The position numbers were made by a program, and so were the translations under genes. The notes beneath the pieces are model-generated. The model was not told where the DNA came from and did not search any database. It saw only the letters and a list, made by a program, of their open reading frames with translations. Shown here in pieces: positions 38,568-51,083 of a stretch of 64,000 nucleotides of DNA. The first letter of the stretch is position 1, and every line of letters starts with the position of its first letter. Origin of the DNA: Octopus vulgaris (lineage: Eukaryota); assembly GCA_951406725.2 (NCBI GenBank), contig OX597818.1, forward strand, positions 71,114,001-71,178,000, given 5' to 3'.

Positions 38568-39585
38568 CGATCACAAGTTATGCAGATGATACAAAAGTTT
38601 CACAGGCAATACTGAACCCTGAAGACACTAAGCACCTGCAATGTGAGCTGGACAAAATATACAAGTGGGCTGAAAAGAATAACATGCAGTTCAATGCTGA
38701 AAAGTTTCAAGCTTTATGCTATCAGCATGCAAAACTGAATGCAATACCCAACGAATACACTGGACCCGGAGGGATTGCAATCCCAGAGGCACAATCAGTG
38801 CGTGACCTGGGTATTCATATGAGTGATGACGCAACCTTTCATGTACATGTTGCTAAACTGGCAATGAAATGTAGACGGCTGGCCGGATGGATTCTTAGAA
38901 CCTTTAGAACAAGAGAACAAGAAACCATGATGGTCCTCTGGAAGACACTTGTCCTAAGCCACTTTGACTATTGCTCTCAGCTATGGTCACCATCCAGTGT
39001 CAAGTTGATCACAGAACTTGAGGCGATCCAACGAAGCTACACGAAGGAGATAGCCTCTGTGCAGCATATAAGCTACTGGGAAAGACTCAAGAGATTAAAA
39101 CTCTATTCCTTGGAGCGTAGGCGAGAAAGATATGCCATAATATATATCTGGAAGATCCTGGAAGGACTTGTCCCAAACTTTGGCATCAAGAGTCACACAA
39201 ATGCCAGAACCGGGCACCACTGCGTGGTACCAAGGACTCCAAATTTGCCATCATGATGTAGGACAAGATACTGTTATAGCCTGAGCTTCAGAGGCCCACA
39301 GCTCTTCAATATCCTCCCGAAGAACCTGAGGGACCTGCATGGAGTAGATGCAGATGTCTTTAAAGTAGGACTGGATCTCTTCCTGTCAGGTGTCCCGGAT
39401 GAACCAACTTCACAGCAGGAGGTGCAGATGAGGGCAGCTGCATCGAACTCTCTCATGCACCAAATGGCAGTTGCTAAAAAGCATTCGTGAGGTAAAATCA
39501 TGTAGCAAACCAAATGGCGGTGCCCCTGCATGGCCACAGCTCATGAGCTGAAACTGAAAAATCAAAAAATCTAATAAAAAAAAAT
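38568..39585 (+). mobile_element. CR1-like LINE 'C', 5'-truncated just before YADD
   Basis: [14 protein letters not shown]...[16 protein letters not shown]; nearly identical to the reverse complement of 62520-63516. Confidence 0.95.
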
Positions 39586-39610
39586 CAAATATACATACTT
39601 CTATATATAC

Positions 39611-39661
<51 letters not shown>

Positions 39662-39672
39662 TATACATACAT

Positions 39673-40071
39673 AATCATCATCATCACCATCATTTAATGT
39701 CCATTTTCCATGCTAGCATGGGTTGGACGATTTTGACTAAGGGCTAGCGAACCAGATGGCTGCACTACGCTTCAATCTTGATCTGGCAGAGTTTCTACAG
39801 CTGGATGCCCTTCCTAATGCCAACCACTCCGAGAGTGTAGTGGGTGCTTTTAAGTGCCAGTCAGGCGGTACTGGCAACGACCTCGTTCGAATCTTTTACA
39901 CATGGCACAGGTGCCAGTAAGGCGACGCTGGTAACGATCACACTCGAATGGTGCCTTTTAAGTGCCACTGGCATGGAAGCTGGTTAGCCGCTCTGTCAAT
40001 GATCACACTCGTATGATGCTCTTTGCACCCCGCTAGCACAGATGCCAGTCATCGAATTTGATTTTGATTTT

Positions 40072-40072
<1 letters not shown>
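39673..40072 (-). mobile_element. RTE LINE 3' UTR fragment
   Basis: (CAT)n tail, collinear with 19737-20220. Confidence 0.9.
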
Positions 40073-40108
<36 letters not shown>

Positions 40109-40459
40109 GCATACACAGATATATATACACAAATATATACTCCTTGTTTTTTTCTGTGTCCCTTTCTGTAGAAGAGTGTAGGTTCGAAACGTAAAAGACT
40201 TTTTCTATTCCTGAGCGTCCTAAGACATCTGTTTGTTTTGTACACTACCTGTCTTCGTCTTTTGTTTTTTTCATAAACTCTCCCTGTATATATATATATA
40301 CATACATATATACTACTATCAACAGTTAAACATTTTCATATTACACATTTTTCAATTCCAGTTTGTTCATTACATAAGTATTTTGTAGGCACACAACACA
40401 TGTGTTTCTGTAGGAGTAAACTTTTGCTAATAATTCACTTGTTTTTCTTTCACTTTCAG

Positions 40460-40596
40460 AGTAACAACAACGCACATATACTCTACACAGAACCCTATTA
40501 TATGGACCCCAGTAACAGGGAGGGCAGTATGACATCTCAACCTTATGACTATGTTTCCAGACCAGGCTTAACTGATGTACCTGGTCCTGCTGATAG
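40460..40596 (+). CDS. Internal (penultimate) coding exon of a host gene: SNNNAHILYTEPYYMDPSNREGSMTSQPYDYVSRPGLTDVPGPAD(R)
   Basis: Polypyrimidine acceptor gtttttctttcactttcag ends at 40459 and donor AG|gtaatt starts at 40597. The exon is 137 nt, only one of three frames is open, the sequence is non-repetitive, and it ends in phase 2, matching the exon at 51470. Confidence 0.85.
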
Positions 40597-42051
40597 GTAA
40601 TTATTATCCTCATTATTTTCTTTTATTCTTTGAATTCAATTCATGACACTCCATATCACTTAAAGCCTGAAAAACCAGACAAGTTATGATTAGCATTTTG
40701 CAGAAATTTTTTAGAGAATCTCAAAATTTGTTCTATGAAAGTTAACCTTATGTTAAGTTTACAGGAAATAATTATACAGGGAAGAAAAAGAAATCCTAAT
40801 CAATACTAGTTGTCATATATAATTATTTTGGTAAGTATAGAAGACAGGTTCATATACTAGCCTCACTAGATCTCATCAGTGAGCAAAGGTTTGCTGAAGA
40901 AGTGATGAGAGAACCACAAAGTAAATGTACAATCTGGTACACTGGTTACCATAGAAAACTAAAACTGCTTATTCAAATTATTAACTACATGTAGTTAGCC
41001 ATACTGTTTACTTCTTCAGTGATGCCATCTGCTTCCCTGAGTAACTAAAAAATAAGGGTAGTTACATAATATATGTTCATCGTTGGCTTTCCTTGCCAAA
41101 GAACAAAGAATCCTACTAACCCATCCTTTGGGCAGAGGTAAAGGACCACACTCCCTTTTGGTGTTGGTGGGGAAATTCTACAGAAACCCCCTTTCACGAC
41201 TTGCAAGTTTTCTGTTTAGATACTTTTTACATCTGCTATTTTAGTGGGAGGGGAAGGGTGTTTATTTATTCTTTTTATTTTTGGAAAAATTGAAATTTCA
41301 CAAAATTTTTTTTTCAGAATCACAATCTCTGTATTTTTCTACGTATTTCACCCAAAAATTTCTTTAAAAAATGAAAAATTGGGGTGTGTGTGGGTGGGGT
41401 GGGGTAAAATTCAAATGTTGAAATACCACTGTTTTTGCTGATTCGGTTTCTGCAGCAAAAACAAAAACTGAAAGGGGATGCCATCCATGTCCTTCACCTC
41501 TGCCATCCTTTGCTTTAAAACAGTGCTAACATTGTACTCCACTTTGCCTTACTTTGTGTAAAATAAGTGGTAAAGTCCCAGAAGCTTTAATGTTAAATGT
41601 TTTTTTCACAAACTATTTTGTACTCAACATACAAGTCAAGTATTAGGATTTCTGACATCATAATCCATTTGATATCAAAGCACGAGAGACAAAGTTGATT
41701 ATCATTATGAAAATCTTCAATTATTTTACTTTTACAACTTTGACATTGAATATTTGCAGCATTATAGCAATTACATTTAAGTTTTGCAATAACACATAGC
41801 AACCATAATCTGTGTCTAGCTTTAACAGTTTTTAAACATTTTTGTGATAATCAACAATATGTTCAAAGTTACAGAATTTTCGAAGATAACCAAATATGCT
41901 ATCCTTCTTAAAATATGTAAACATACATAAGGTTGCTATGAAAATTTTGAACTGCAAACCAAAATTAATGTGAATACATCAGGACTCTTTCAATTTTATT
42001 CCTTTTTATTTTGCTGAGGACGACAACTCTGGATGTGTTCCCTTTCAGTTA

Positions 42052-43100
42052 TCATCATCATCATCATCATCATTGTTTAACGTCCGTTTTCAATGCTAGC
42101 ATGGGTTGGACGGTTTGACCCAGGGTCTGGGAAGCCAGGAGGCTGCACCAGGCTCCAGTCTGATCTGGCAGTGTTTCTACAGATGAATGCCCTTCCTAAC
42201 ACCAACCACTCCATGAGTGTAGTGGGTGCTTTTTACGTGCCACCAGTATAGGTGTCAGGGGAGGTTGGCAAAGGCCACGATCGGTTGGTGCTTTTTACGT
42301 GCCACCAGCATGAGTATCACAACTACAATTTCCATTTGATTTTTATTTTGATGTTGATGTACTTGACTCAATAGGTCTCCTCAAACACAGCAGGTCACCC
42401 TACAATCCAAGGTACTTTGGATAGGCTGGGGCTGCTGTGCAGGAAACAGCCATGGACTCATGTTATTTGTCGGGTCTTCGCAGTCACAGCATATCTCCAG
42501 AGGTCTCGGTCTTTTGCCATTGCCTCTGTGAAGCCCAATGTTCGAAGGTCATGGTTAACCACCTCATCCCAAGTCTTCCTGGGTTTACCTCTACCCTGGA
42601 TTCATTCAACTGTTTCGGATTGGCGCTTCTTCACACATTTCTCCTCATCCATCCGCAGTACATGACCATACCATCGCAAGCGTCGCTCTTGCACACCGCA
42701 TCTGATGCTTCTTATGTCTAGCATTTCTCTCAGGGTGCTTACACTCTGTCGTGCATGCACACTGACATTACACATCCAGCGGATCACACTAGCTTCATTT
42801 CTTTCAAGCCTGCACCTGTCCTCTGCAGTCTTAGCCCATGTTTCACTACCATGAAGTATGGCAGTTCGCACACATGCGTCATACAATCTACATTTCACTC
42901 TGAGCGAGAGACCCTTTGCCACCAGTAGGGGTAGGAGTTTTCTAAACTTTGCCCAGGCTATTCTTATTCTAGTGGTGACACTCTCTGAGCATCCACCTCC
43001 ACTACTAACTTGGTCACCTAGGTAGTGGAATCTATCAACTACTTCTAGTTTCTACCCCTGGAGTGTGATGGAATCTGTTTTCTGAGTATCTGTGGTGTCA
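42052..43100 (-). mobile_element. RTE LINE 3' fragment (end of RT to tail)
   Basis: KLEVVDRFHYLGD, LYDACVRTAILHGSETW and RLRWYGHVLRM; (CAT)n tail. Confidence 0.93.
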
Positions 43101-44681
43101 GTTATATATCAACATATTTTTTTAAAATTATGTTACAGAATATCTACAACCAAATCTATTTTACTCATTTCAACCAGCAATGAAAATCTAATTTGCATCT
43201 GAAACATAATCTGCTTTACTATAAAGATTGTTTAGCTCAGTAAGGAACAATTAATTCCATCATATCTTAAGAGATGAATGTGCTAAAAATTTAGCCCTGC
43301 CACAATATCTTCCATATATCTTCAGCCAAATGGTTTTGTAAAGAAAAAATGGAATCAAGTATTGGTGAGCATTAGAAACATCATCTGGTTTGTACAAAAG
43401 AGACAAAAATAATATCAAACTGTAATGTATGTAAACAAGAAATGCTATTTTAAAAAAATCATATATACTGATATTAGAGGATATGCAAAGAAGACAGGAA
43501 GAGAGAGGAAAATGATATGGCGGGCTGCTGATCCTCACAGACAAAGGATCATGGTAACTGCTATACATAATTTTTGTTTTTACTGAATTTAATTGGAGGA
43601 GCAGTACATGTGGCTTTTTACAGTGGTTTCTGATAAAGATACTTGAGAGGTAGAGCAGTGTGTTAAATCAGCCAATGAATTAAGACTGCCAAGAAGAGGT
43701 ACAATTCAGTGAGCCTCCATACAATTTCCATTTATGAAATTTTACTCATGAGGCTTGAACCAATCATAGGCTGCAGTTGAAAATACTCGTCCAAGGCATC
43801 AGGATTTGGGATTGAACATCAAACTAAGAGACTGTAGAATAAGCATCTTGACCTATAGCTAAGTCTGCACTCATGTCCATGCCATAACTAATCCATGCCA
43901 ACATGGTGTAAAAGCAATGATAATGATGGTAAAAGTGAGTTCATTATAGAAAAAGTGAGCTACCGAGTAGAGTAGAGTAATTCCAAAATCTATCAGGGAA
44001 TAGCATAAAAACAAACTACAAGAAGGATAAATTAGAAAATATTACAATAATCAATCTAACCTCTACTCAGACAGACTAACGAGGAAGCTTTTTTGAGAGT
44101 CTACCAACCTACTAGATGTGGAAGCCAAACCAGCCTCAAATTATACATTACTATCTTGGAAAGAGGGCACATTAAACACAATATAGTCCTAAATAAAAGA
44201 CAGGGTGGTTACAGGACTGGAATTTCTTTGAACATGAGTCTTCTCAATCAGAAATGACTGTAGAATACAAAAGTTACAGTCAAGGGCATTGCCCTTGGCT
44301 CATTAGGCAACTGGTGATATGCAGCAATTATAGAGGGAAGAATGTAGACGGCAAAGTTATTTTACTTCACAGATACACTACAAACGTTGCTATTCATTGT
44401 ATTTGGCTTCAGAGATTGAGACTTAGGAGGAAAGACTTTTTTTACACTGCAAATAGCCAGATTTGGTCCGAGCATTTCCTCAATTCTAATGGACCCTTGC
44501 CATCTGTTTATTAGATAAATTTCAGAGATATGTGTATGTGAGTGTGCATTTGTATTTGATAAATATGATAGGGATAAAAAAAATTCAAAATTAAGTGTTA
44601 TTTACTGTTTTAATTATACATTTATTTACTTACATCCATAAAAAATACAACTTATTATACAAGGGAAAAAAGTCAAAATAA

Positions 44682-45230
44682 TTAAGCAGGCTCTTTCCCT
44701 GTAGTGCAGTTGCAATCAGCTAAATGCACATTGCCAGTGACCTTTAACACTCTGCAATCAGGATTGTTCTTTTTGTTAGATGTTGGTATTAACGGGATTA
44801 CCAGACACTGAACAATGCAGTGAAAGTAGTTTTCAGTTACATAGTGATATTCAATGTTGTGGACATGTCTGTCATGGTAAAATATGCTACTCCTTAACTG
44901 TCGCTTTGCCTTCCTCCATAGCATGAGGTAGTTGTAAACGTCATTATCCGTAAAGTTGGGCAACTTATGAAGATATTGAATCCAATCTGATTTCAGCACC
45001 TTAGGATCAGGTAAAATTTCACCGAGAGGAGATACAAGTTTCTGCTAATTCCTGTCTGAAGTACACTTCTCTCGTCTGTTGATTCTAATTCATTGACATT
45101 CTTTATGGAAAGAATTTTAATACCTTTTAACCTTTCAACAAAACCCACCTTGTTTCCAGTAACATTCTGTCCATGTAATCGCAAATAATTCTTTAACCCG
45201 ATTCATTTAATATTCATATGATGTGACATT
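44682..45230 (-). mobile_element. DNA-transposon accessory gene remnant: SAP-like domain followed by the start of a SWIM zinc finger
   Basis: LKNYLRLHGQNVTGNKVGFVERL (SAP pattern), LPDP..W...LPNFTDNDVYNYL, and TGNVHLADCNCTTG (CxC start of SWIM); frameshifted and truncated. Confidence 0.6.
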
Positions 45231-46165
45231 CAACAACAATGGCGTGGGTAGTCTGCAGAAGTAGAATTATCTGTATGGAGAGCTGCCTAGCCAAAGGAGG
45301 TAATCTACTTATTGGAATGTCCTATAGATGTTACTCAGTAAACCACAGGGACATTTCAGAACTACACTCCATCATGGAATTAAAAGGAAAGGCTCTGAGA
45401 GAGGCAGTGCAAAACAGAAAATATAGCCACCACTAATTGTGTGAGAGTAAGGATCATTTGGGGACTAACTGCTCAAGGGAACTGGTAAAATAAAGAAAGA
45501 GGATGGCAAACAGTAGAGCAAGCAACCACAATAGCAGGTCCCAGGAGCTAATATTTACAGGATACAACAGTCACAGCTCCAAGACTTATCTCTTTCTCAA
45601 AACCAGAAGCTGACAACCAGGAAACCAACAAACAAGCAGTCAAAAACCAAGAGGCCAAGCTCTTCCACTTCTCAGCAGCACCACTTCATCTTTCGGTGAG
45701 AACACAGAGAGTGAAAATTATCTGGGATAGCGCTAGAAACCAAAATAAAGTTCCTGAGAAAAGAAATCCTATTAAGGGAAATCATACAGGACCAGCAGAG
45801 AAATTCTTAGAAGACTTCAAAATCAAAGCATCACTCCCCTCCTTGGAAACCATGACTTTCTTGAATGAAATGCAACAGGTGAACCAAACTGAAAATTTGC
45901 TGGTTGTGAAGAAATTAGGACAGAGTTTAAAGAAGACTCATCAGAAAGATTGCTGATGCAAACTATATTTGAAATATACTTGACAGTTGTACGGAAGCTA
46001 TCAGGAGGATATAGGCCCCTTCCTATCCACTCTGGCATGCAAACTGCTAACAGTATGTATAATTTCAAGTGACTTTCATATTGTTGAGGAAGGAAATCAG
46101 ACTTATGAGAATCAGGATCCAGGCCAGGCATCAGCTTCTCACCCCTCTGAGACACCCTGAGATTC

Positions 46166-46582
46166 AAGAAGACATGGGATGAGGTGGTGAAACATGATCT
46201 TCAAAGTTGGGCCTCACAGAGAAGACCTATCAAGACAAGTGAAACCATAGTTGTGGCCGTTGTCAGTGTCACATAACTGGCACCCATGCTAATGGCACGT
46301 AAAAAGCACCTTTCAAGCGTTGGGCCTTGCAAAAGCAGTGACAAACAACTGAGACCTTTGGCATTATGCTGTGCTAGAGAAGAAGACCCATCAGGCCAAG
46401 TGAAATCATAGTCATGGCAGATACTGGTGTTATGCCACTGGCTTGTAAAAGCACCCATTACACTCTTGGAGTGGTTGTCATTAGGAAGGCCATCCAGCCA
46501 TAGAAACCATGACAAATCAGACTGGAACCTGGTGCAGTCCTTCAGCTCACCAGCCCTGGTCAAATTATCCACCCCATGCCAG
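46166..46582 (+). mobile_element. RTE LINE 3' fragment
   Basis: aagaagacatgggatgaggtggtgaaacatgatc (KTWDEVVKHD) followed by the shared 3' UTR. Confidence 0.85.
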
Positions 46583-47231
46583 AACAATAGTTACCTTCTT
46601 CATTTTCCACATCCTTATGATTTCCTACTTCAACTTGTGATAGTTTGTCAAATTTGATGCTCCTTCATTTTCTCTTAATGTGTCAATCAAACATAACAGG
46701 TCAATAAGGAAACTTGTCTTATAAATTTTATCAACCACTCTGACATCGGTAGGACAAAAAAAAAAAGCCTATGAAGTATGGTGTGGCAGAAAAACTTCAC
46801 ACAAAGTCCTAGATTACTCTGCTGCATCAGAGGCATCAAAAGTGCTCTCTTCTTGTCTCCTGCTTTCAGTCACATGAACAAAAGGGACTCATTTAACATC
46901 AATCTTGCCCACCTTTGATAAAACATATACTGAATGTTAGCACCTCCTTCTCCACCTTTTTTACCTTTCTGAAATGGCACCAAAGGAGTTTGCCAGAGAT
47001 GAAAAGACATATTCCCAACCCTTTTAATCACAACCACAATACAACTTCCTTCACCATTGTTATTAGGCAGAGAAAAGACTTCTAACATAGCTACAAGGTC
47101 ATAAATTTTGGAGGTTCAAAAGAAGAGCCAATGATATCAATCTCAGTACTTAACTGGTATGATATTGACTCCAGAAAGATTAGAATTCAGAATATAAAGG
47201 GATGTAACTAGTTACCACAAGGTATTAATTC

Positions 47232-47750
47232 TATCGCCAGCTGCAGGAGAAATACCTAACCAAAGATAAGCCCCTGTACCTGGCTTTCGTTGACATGGAG
47301 AAAGCCTTTGACAGGGTCCCCCGATCCCTTATCTGGTGGTCAATGAGGAAACTAGGGATAGATGAATTGTTAGTGAGAGCTGTGCAAGTCATGTACAGGG
47401 ACGCTGTCAGGAAGGTGAGGTTTGGCAACGAGTACACTGAAGAATTCAGGGTAGAGGGAGAGCTCTTACATCTGCTGGTTACAAAAGGCCTCTCGCTCAG
47501 AGTAAAAGGTAGACTGTATGACGCATGTGTATGAACAGCCAGTACTGCCTGACTGGCCCCCGTGCCGGTGGCACGTAAAAGCACCCACTACACTTTCTGA
47601 GTGGTTGGCGTTAGGAAGGGCATCCAGTTGTAGAAACTTTGCCAGATCAAGATTGGAGCCTGGTGCAGCCATCTGGTTTGCCAGCCCTCAGTCAAAATCG
47701 TCCAACCCATGCTAGCATGGAAAGCAGACGTTAAACGATGATGATGATGA
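47232..47750 (+). mobile_element. RTE LINE copy with two internal deletions; (GAT)n tail
   Basis: RQLQEKYL..LYLAFVDMEKAFDRVP...EFRVE joined to ELLHLLVTKGLSLRVKGRLYDACV, joined to the 3' UTR. Confidence 0.92.
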
Positions 47751-49359
47751 CTATACTAATTCTGCAAACAAGTTCTAACAGGGTCACAAATTTTAGCCCT
47801 TCAAGTTATAATCAATTATATTGAATCCACTTAGACTGTCACGACACCAGTTTAAGCTCTGCTAGTTGAAGGCAGTGAATATGGTTTTGAAGGTGCCTGT
47901 TTCTCAAAAACCAAAGTAATAGTAGTAGTAATAGCAGCTATTTTGCTTTTCCTAATGCTATTGACTTGGCAGCGAACAAGTATAGGTGTGGGAAAAAGTG
48001 CCTTAAGCTGTGTAAACTACCAGTAGAACATGTTCTTCTGTCAGATTGCCAATGAAGCAAATAATGTGGCTTCACAAGAGTTGTGTAATTGTGTCAGATC
48101 AAGCGAAGCCAAAGGTGAAAGACAACAATTCTTGCCAAACATCTATTCACTTATATAGATTACCAGAAAATGTTTCCATAGAATGCACAACTAATTGCTT
48201 ATGTATCAAGAAATTATAATAATTTGTATTTCCAAAAATTGACAATTAATTTCTATAAGAGCTTAAAAAATGAGAAAAGTAACTACATCAGGTTTAGCCA
48301 TTTGTGTGATGAGGCATCAGTTGTCGAATTATTCTTTATTAGAATGAAGCTTGAATAAAAGAAGAGCAGATTTAGCCTGTTGGATGACTATCCAGCTGCA
48401 GTTCAAGTAAGAAGCTGGGAAGGACTTTCTTCTTTCCAGTTCTGTTCTATATAGTGTTGTCTTTGGCCCTCTGCCACTGCCTACCAAGACATTAGCCGTT
48501 ATATATTTGGAAAGAGTTCATACAGACATTTTGAACCAAAAGGATTTTTATTAGACAGAAGCTAAGCATTTTGTCCAATGTGCTAATGATTCAGCTGATC
48601 TGCCATCTTAAGCAAAAACAGAGAATATTAAATCGTGTTTGTCTTAACACAAAAACAAAGAAATACGAATAAGAGCAAACACACACTCACATATGTACAC
48701 ACATATATATATCTACTAACACACATGCACCCACATATTTAGATGTAATTATTGTTTTCCATTCATTTTTTTCCATACTTGCATGGGTGGAATTGTTTAT
48801 TAGGGCAATTTGCAGCTTGATGAATTTCTTATAACTAACCTGTTTGCTATGAAGTAGGAGTGAAACCATTATTTTCTCATTTTTTTTCTTTCCTTACATC
48901 AATCAAATTGGAGCAAGCAATATAGTCCAGGATCCAAAGAAATAAGAGCGGTCCTGCAACAGTAACAATAAATTAAAGTGAGCATTTGTGTTATGTTGGA
49001 TAAGTTCAGTTGCTGTGAGGAGTAAAAAGTTCAAAGTCTTCTCTTAACCATGCATTTATTCAACATTTCATGATGTCTTCTTCAGAGCAGGCAGATTTAG
49101 TTGCCTCAAGACTTAACGTCATGCAAACGGTCGCAGAACATCTAAACTTTACAGTCATTGTGCTCCACACACACACACACAGAGTAGGCAGTAAAACTGA
49201 ACGTAGTCCTCTGGCATGCCAACTCCTGTCAAACCAACCAACCCATGCTAGCATGGAAAGTAGATGTTAAATGATGATGATACACGTGCATACACACACA
49301 CAAACAAACATATGCGCACGCTTATACATACACACATGCACAAACACATATCTGTATAT

Positions 49360-49525
49360 GGAGGCCTGGTGGCGTGGTTAAGAGATTTGCCTCCAAACAA
49401 CATGGTTCCAGGTTCCATTGCACTGCTTGAGACAGAGGGTATGTTTTCTACAACAGACCCAGGCCAACCAGAAGCTTTGTGAGTGAATTTGGCAGATGGA
49501 AACTGAAAGAAACCCATCATATATA
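49360..49525 (+). mobile_element. tRNA-type SINE (family A)
   Basis: A-box-like tggcgtggttaag, B-box-like ggttccattgc, and tail gaaactgaaagaaacccatcatatata. Confidence 0.7.
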
Positions 49526-49689
49526 TAAGATCCAGGGATCGAGGTGTAGAAGGTTAGCTTCAAGCAATCTGTAGTAAATATAAAAAACAACTTTCTGGGA
49601 CAACAGTGGTTTATTGAGATGGAAGACGTGCAATTTTTTAGTATCGAAGTACAATAAACTGAAAAAAGTTCTTTCTATATTTTACAGTA

Positions 49690-49976
49690 ATCTGGGCTAC
49701 GTATGTTTCATAGCAAATGGAACCACAGATGTATACCACAGGCTACACTTGAAGCCAAAGATATCTTGATTAAATGAAAGTTTACATTGTCACAAAGAGC
49801 TACATGTTAACATATGGAAGATTCAATCCGAATGTGATGTTCTGATTCCATGCATTAACATGTAGCTCTTTGCGACAATGTAAACTTTCATTTAATCAAA
49901 ATATCCTTGGCTTCAAGTGTAGCCCGTGGTATACATCTGTGGTTCCATTTGCTATGAAACATATGTAGCCTGGGTT
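49690..49976. mobile_element. MITE-like fold-back element, ~116-bp TIRs
   Basis: ggctacgtatgtttcatagcaaatggaaccacagatgtatacca...gagctacatgttaa versus ttaacatgtagctc...tggtatacatctgtggttccatttgctatgaaacatatgtagcc. Confidence 0.85.
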
Positions 49977-50904
49977 TTATCTACTCCATTCCTAGACTCT
50001 TGTTTCTGTGTGTTTATTTGTGTCTTGACTTCACACGACAACTGCAAACAAATGATTTATTTCCAATATTCTGTGAAAACTTGTCTGGCCAGTCAGGAAT
50101 TATTAACTTGCTTAGAAACAGATGAGGATTGGTGACAGAAAGAACATCCAGTTGTAGAAAATCTACCTCAATAAACTCTATCCTACATATGCAAGCATGG
50201 TAAAGTGGACATTCAAACAATGATGATGATGATGTGTGTGTACACACACACATATATATGTATGTATATATTTATAAGCATGTTCATTCAACATTCTGTG
50301 TATATGTGCATTCAAACAATTTTAAACCATTTTGTGACCATATTTTTGATTAAATATTTTGCCTACAGGTTTCAATTCATTTTTAACATAAAAGTTGAAG
50401 AGATTTACTAAATTTTTCCATTTATAGATAAATATTAAGGTAATGTTTAGAACTTAACAAAAAAATTAGTCATAAAATTATTATGGAACATCTTAGTTTA
50501 CACATGAATACTTTGGAACAAAGTGTTTTATACTATAAACCCATAAGTGGTCCCAGATAGATTGATATGAAAAGCATCTGTTGAAATTGATTGTTCAAGC
50601 AGGCATTTTTTTCATTTTCTTAAATTTCAAGACTTGATATCTCAAGTCAATATTCAAATAGATAAAATGCTGAGCACACAAACAGAATTTAATGCTTATA
50701 ACAGATAATTATGAAAATTAGAGATATACATTCAAATAAATTAATGAAAAATGTTAATTCTCTTCACACATTGACAAACAGAATATGTAAAAATATTCAA
50801 ATTGGTGGCAACAAAAAATTTCAAAGCAATTTTAACATAAAATTACAATCAGTAATATACCATGTGCTCCAAATAATAGTTGCTCTCTGCCTCTAAATAA
50901 TTGA

Positions 50905-51083
50905 ATTTAATTTTTTTGGCTCAAAAAGCAAAAGCAAGGCCATGTAGGGGACATGGAGTTATGTACAGGGAGGGTGTTCATACAAAGAGTTCAGGCATTT
51001 CTGGTCAAGAGAGACTTTGAAGCGAGCAATCATCAGCATCTTCACTATCTCGTCCGGCAGCTTATTCCACGGATCCGCAACCC
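50905..51083 (-). mobile_element. 3' end fragment related to CR1-like LINE 'B'
   Basis: Reverse complement matches 34251-34420 (ggttgcggatccgtggaa..aagctgcc...catgtccccctacatggccttgct). Confidence 0.88.

Noticed and set aside
37653-39256. Long YIYIYI ORFs and the 337-aa YI-repeat/RT fusion ORF (also 30668-31618)
   Set aside because: (TA)n tracts lack stops by construction; the fusions are chance read-through into truncated LINE ORF2.
45400-45960. A/C-rich stretch resembling a decayed retroelement ORF1
   Set aside because: No recognisable motif in any frame, so it cannot be supported from sequence alone.
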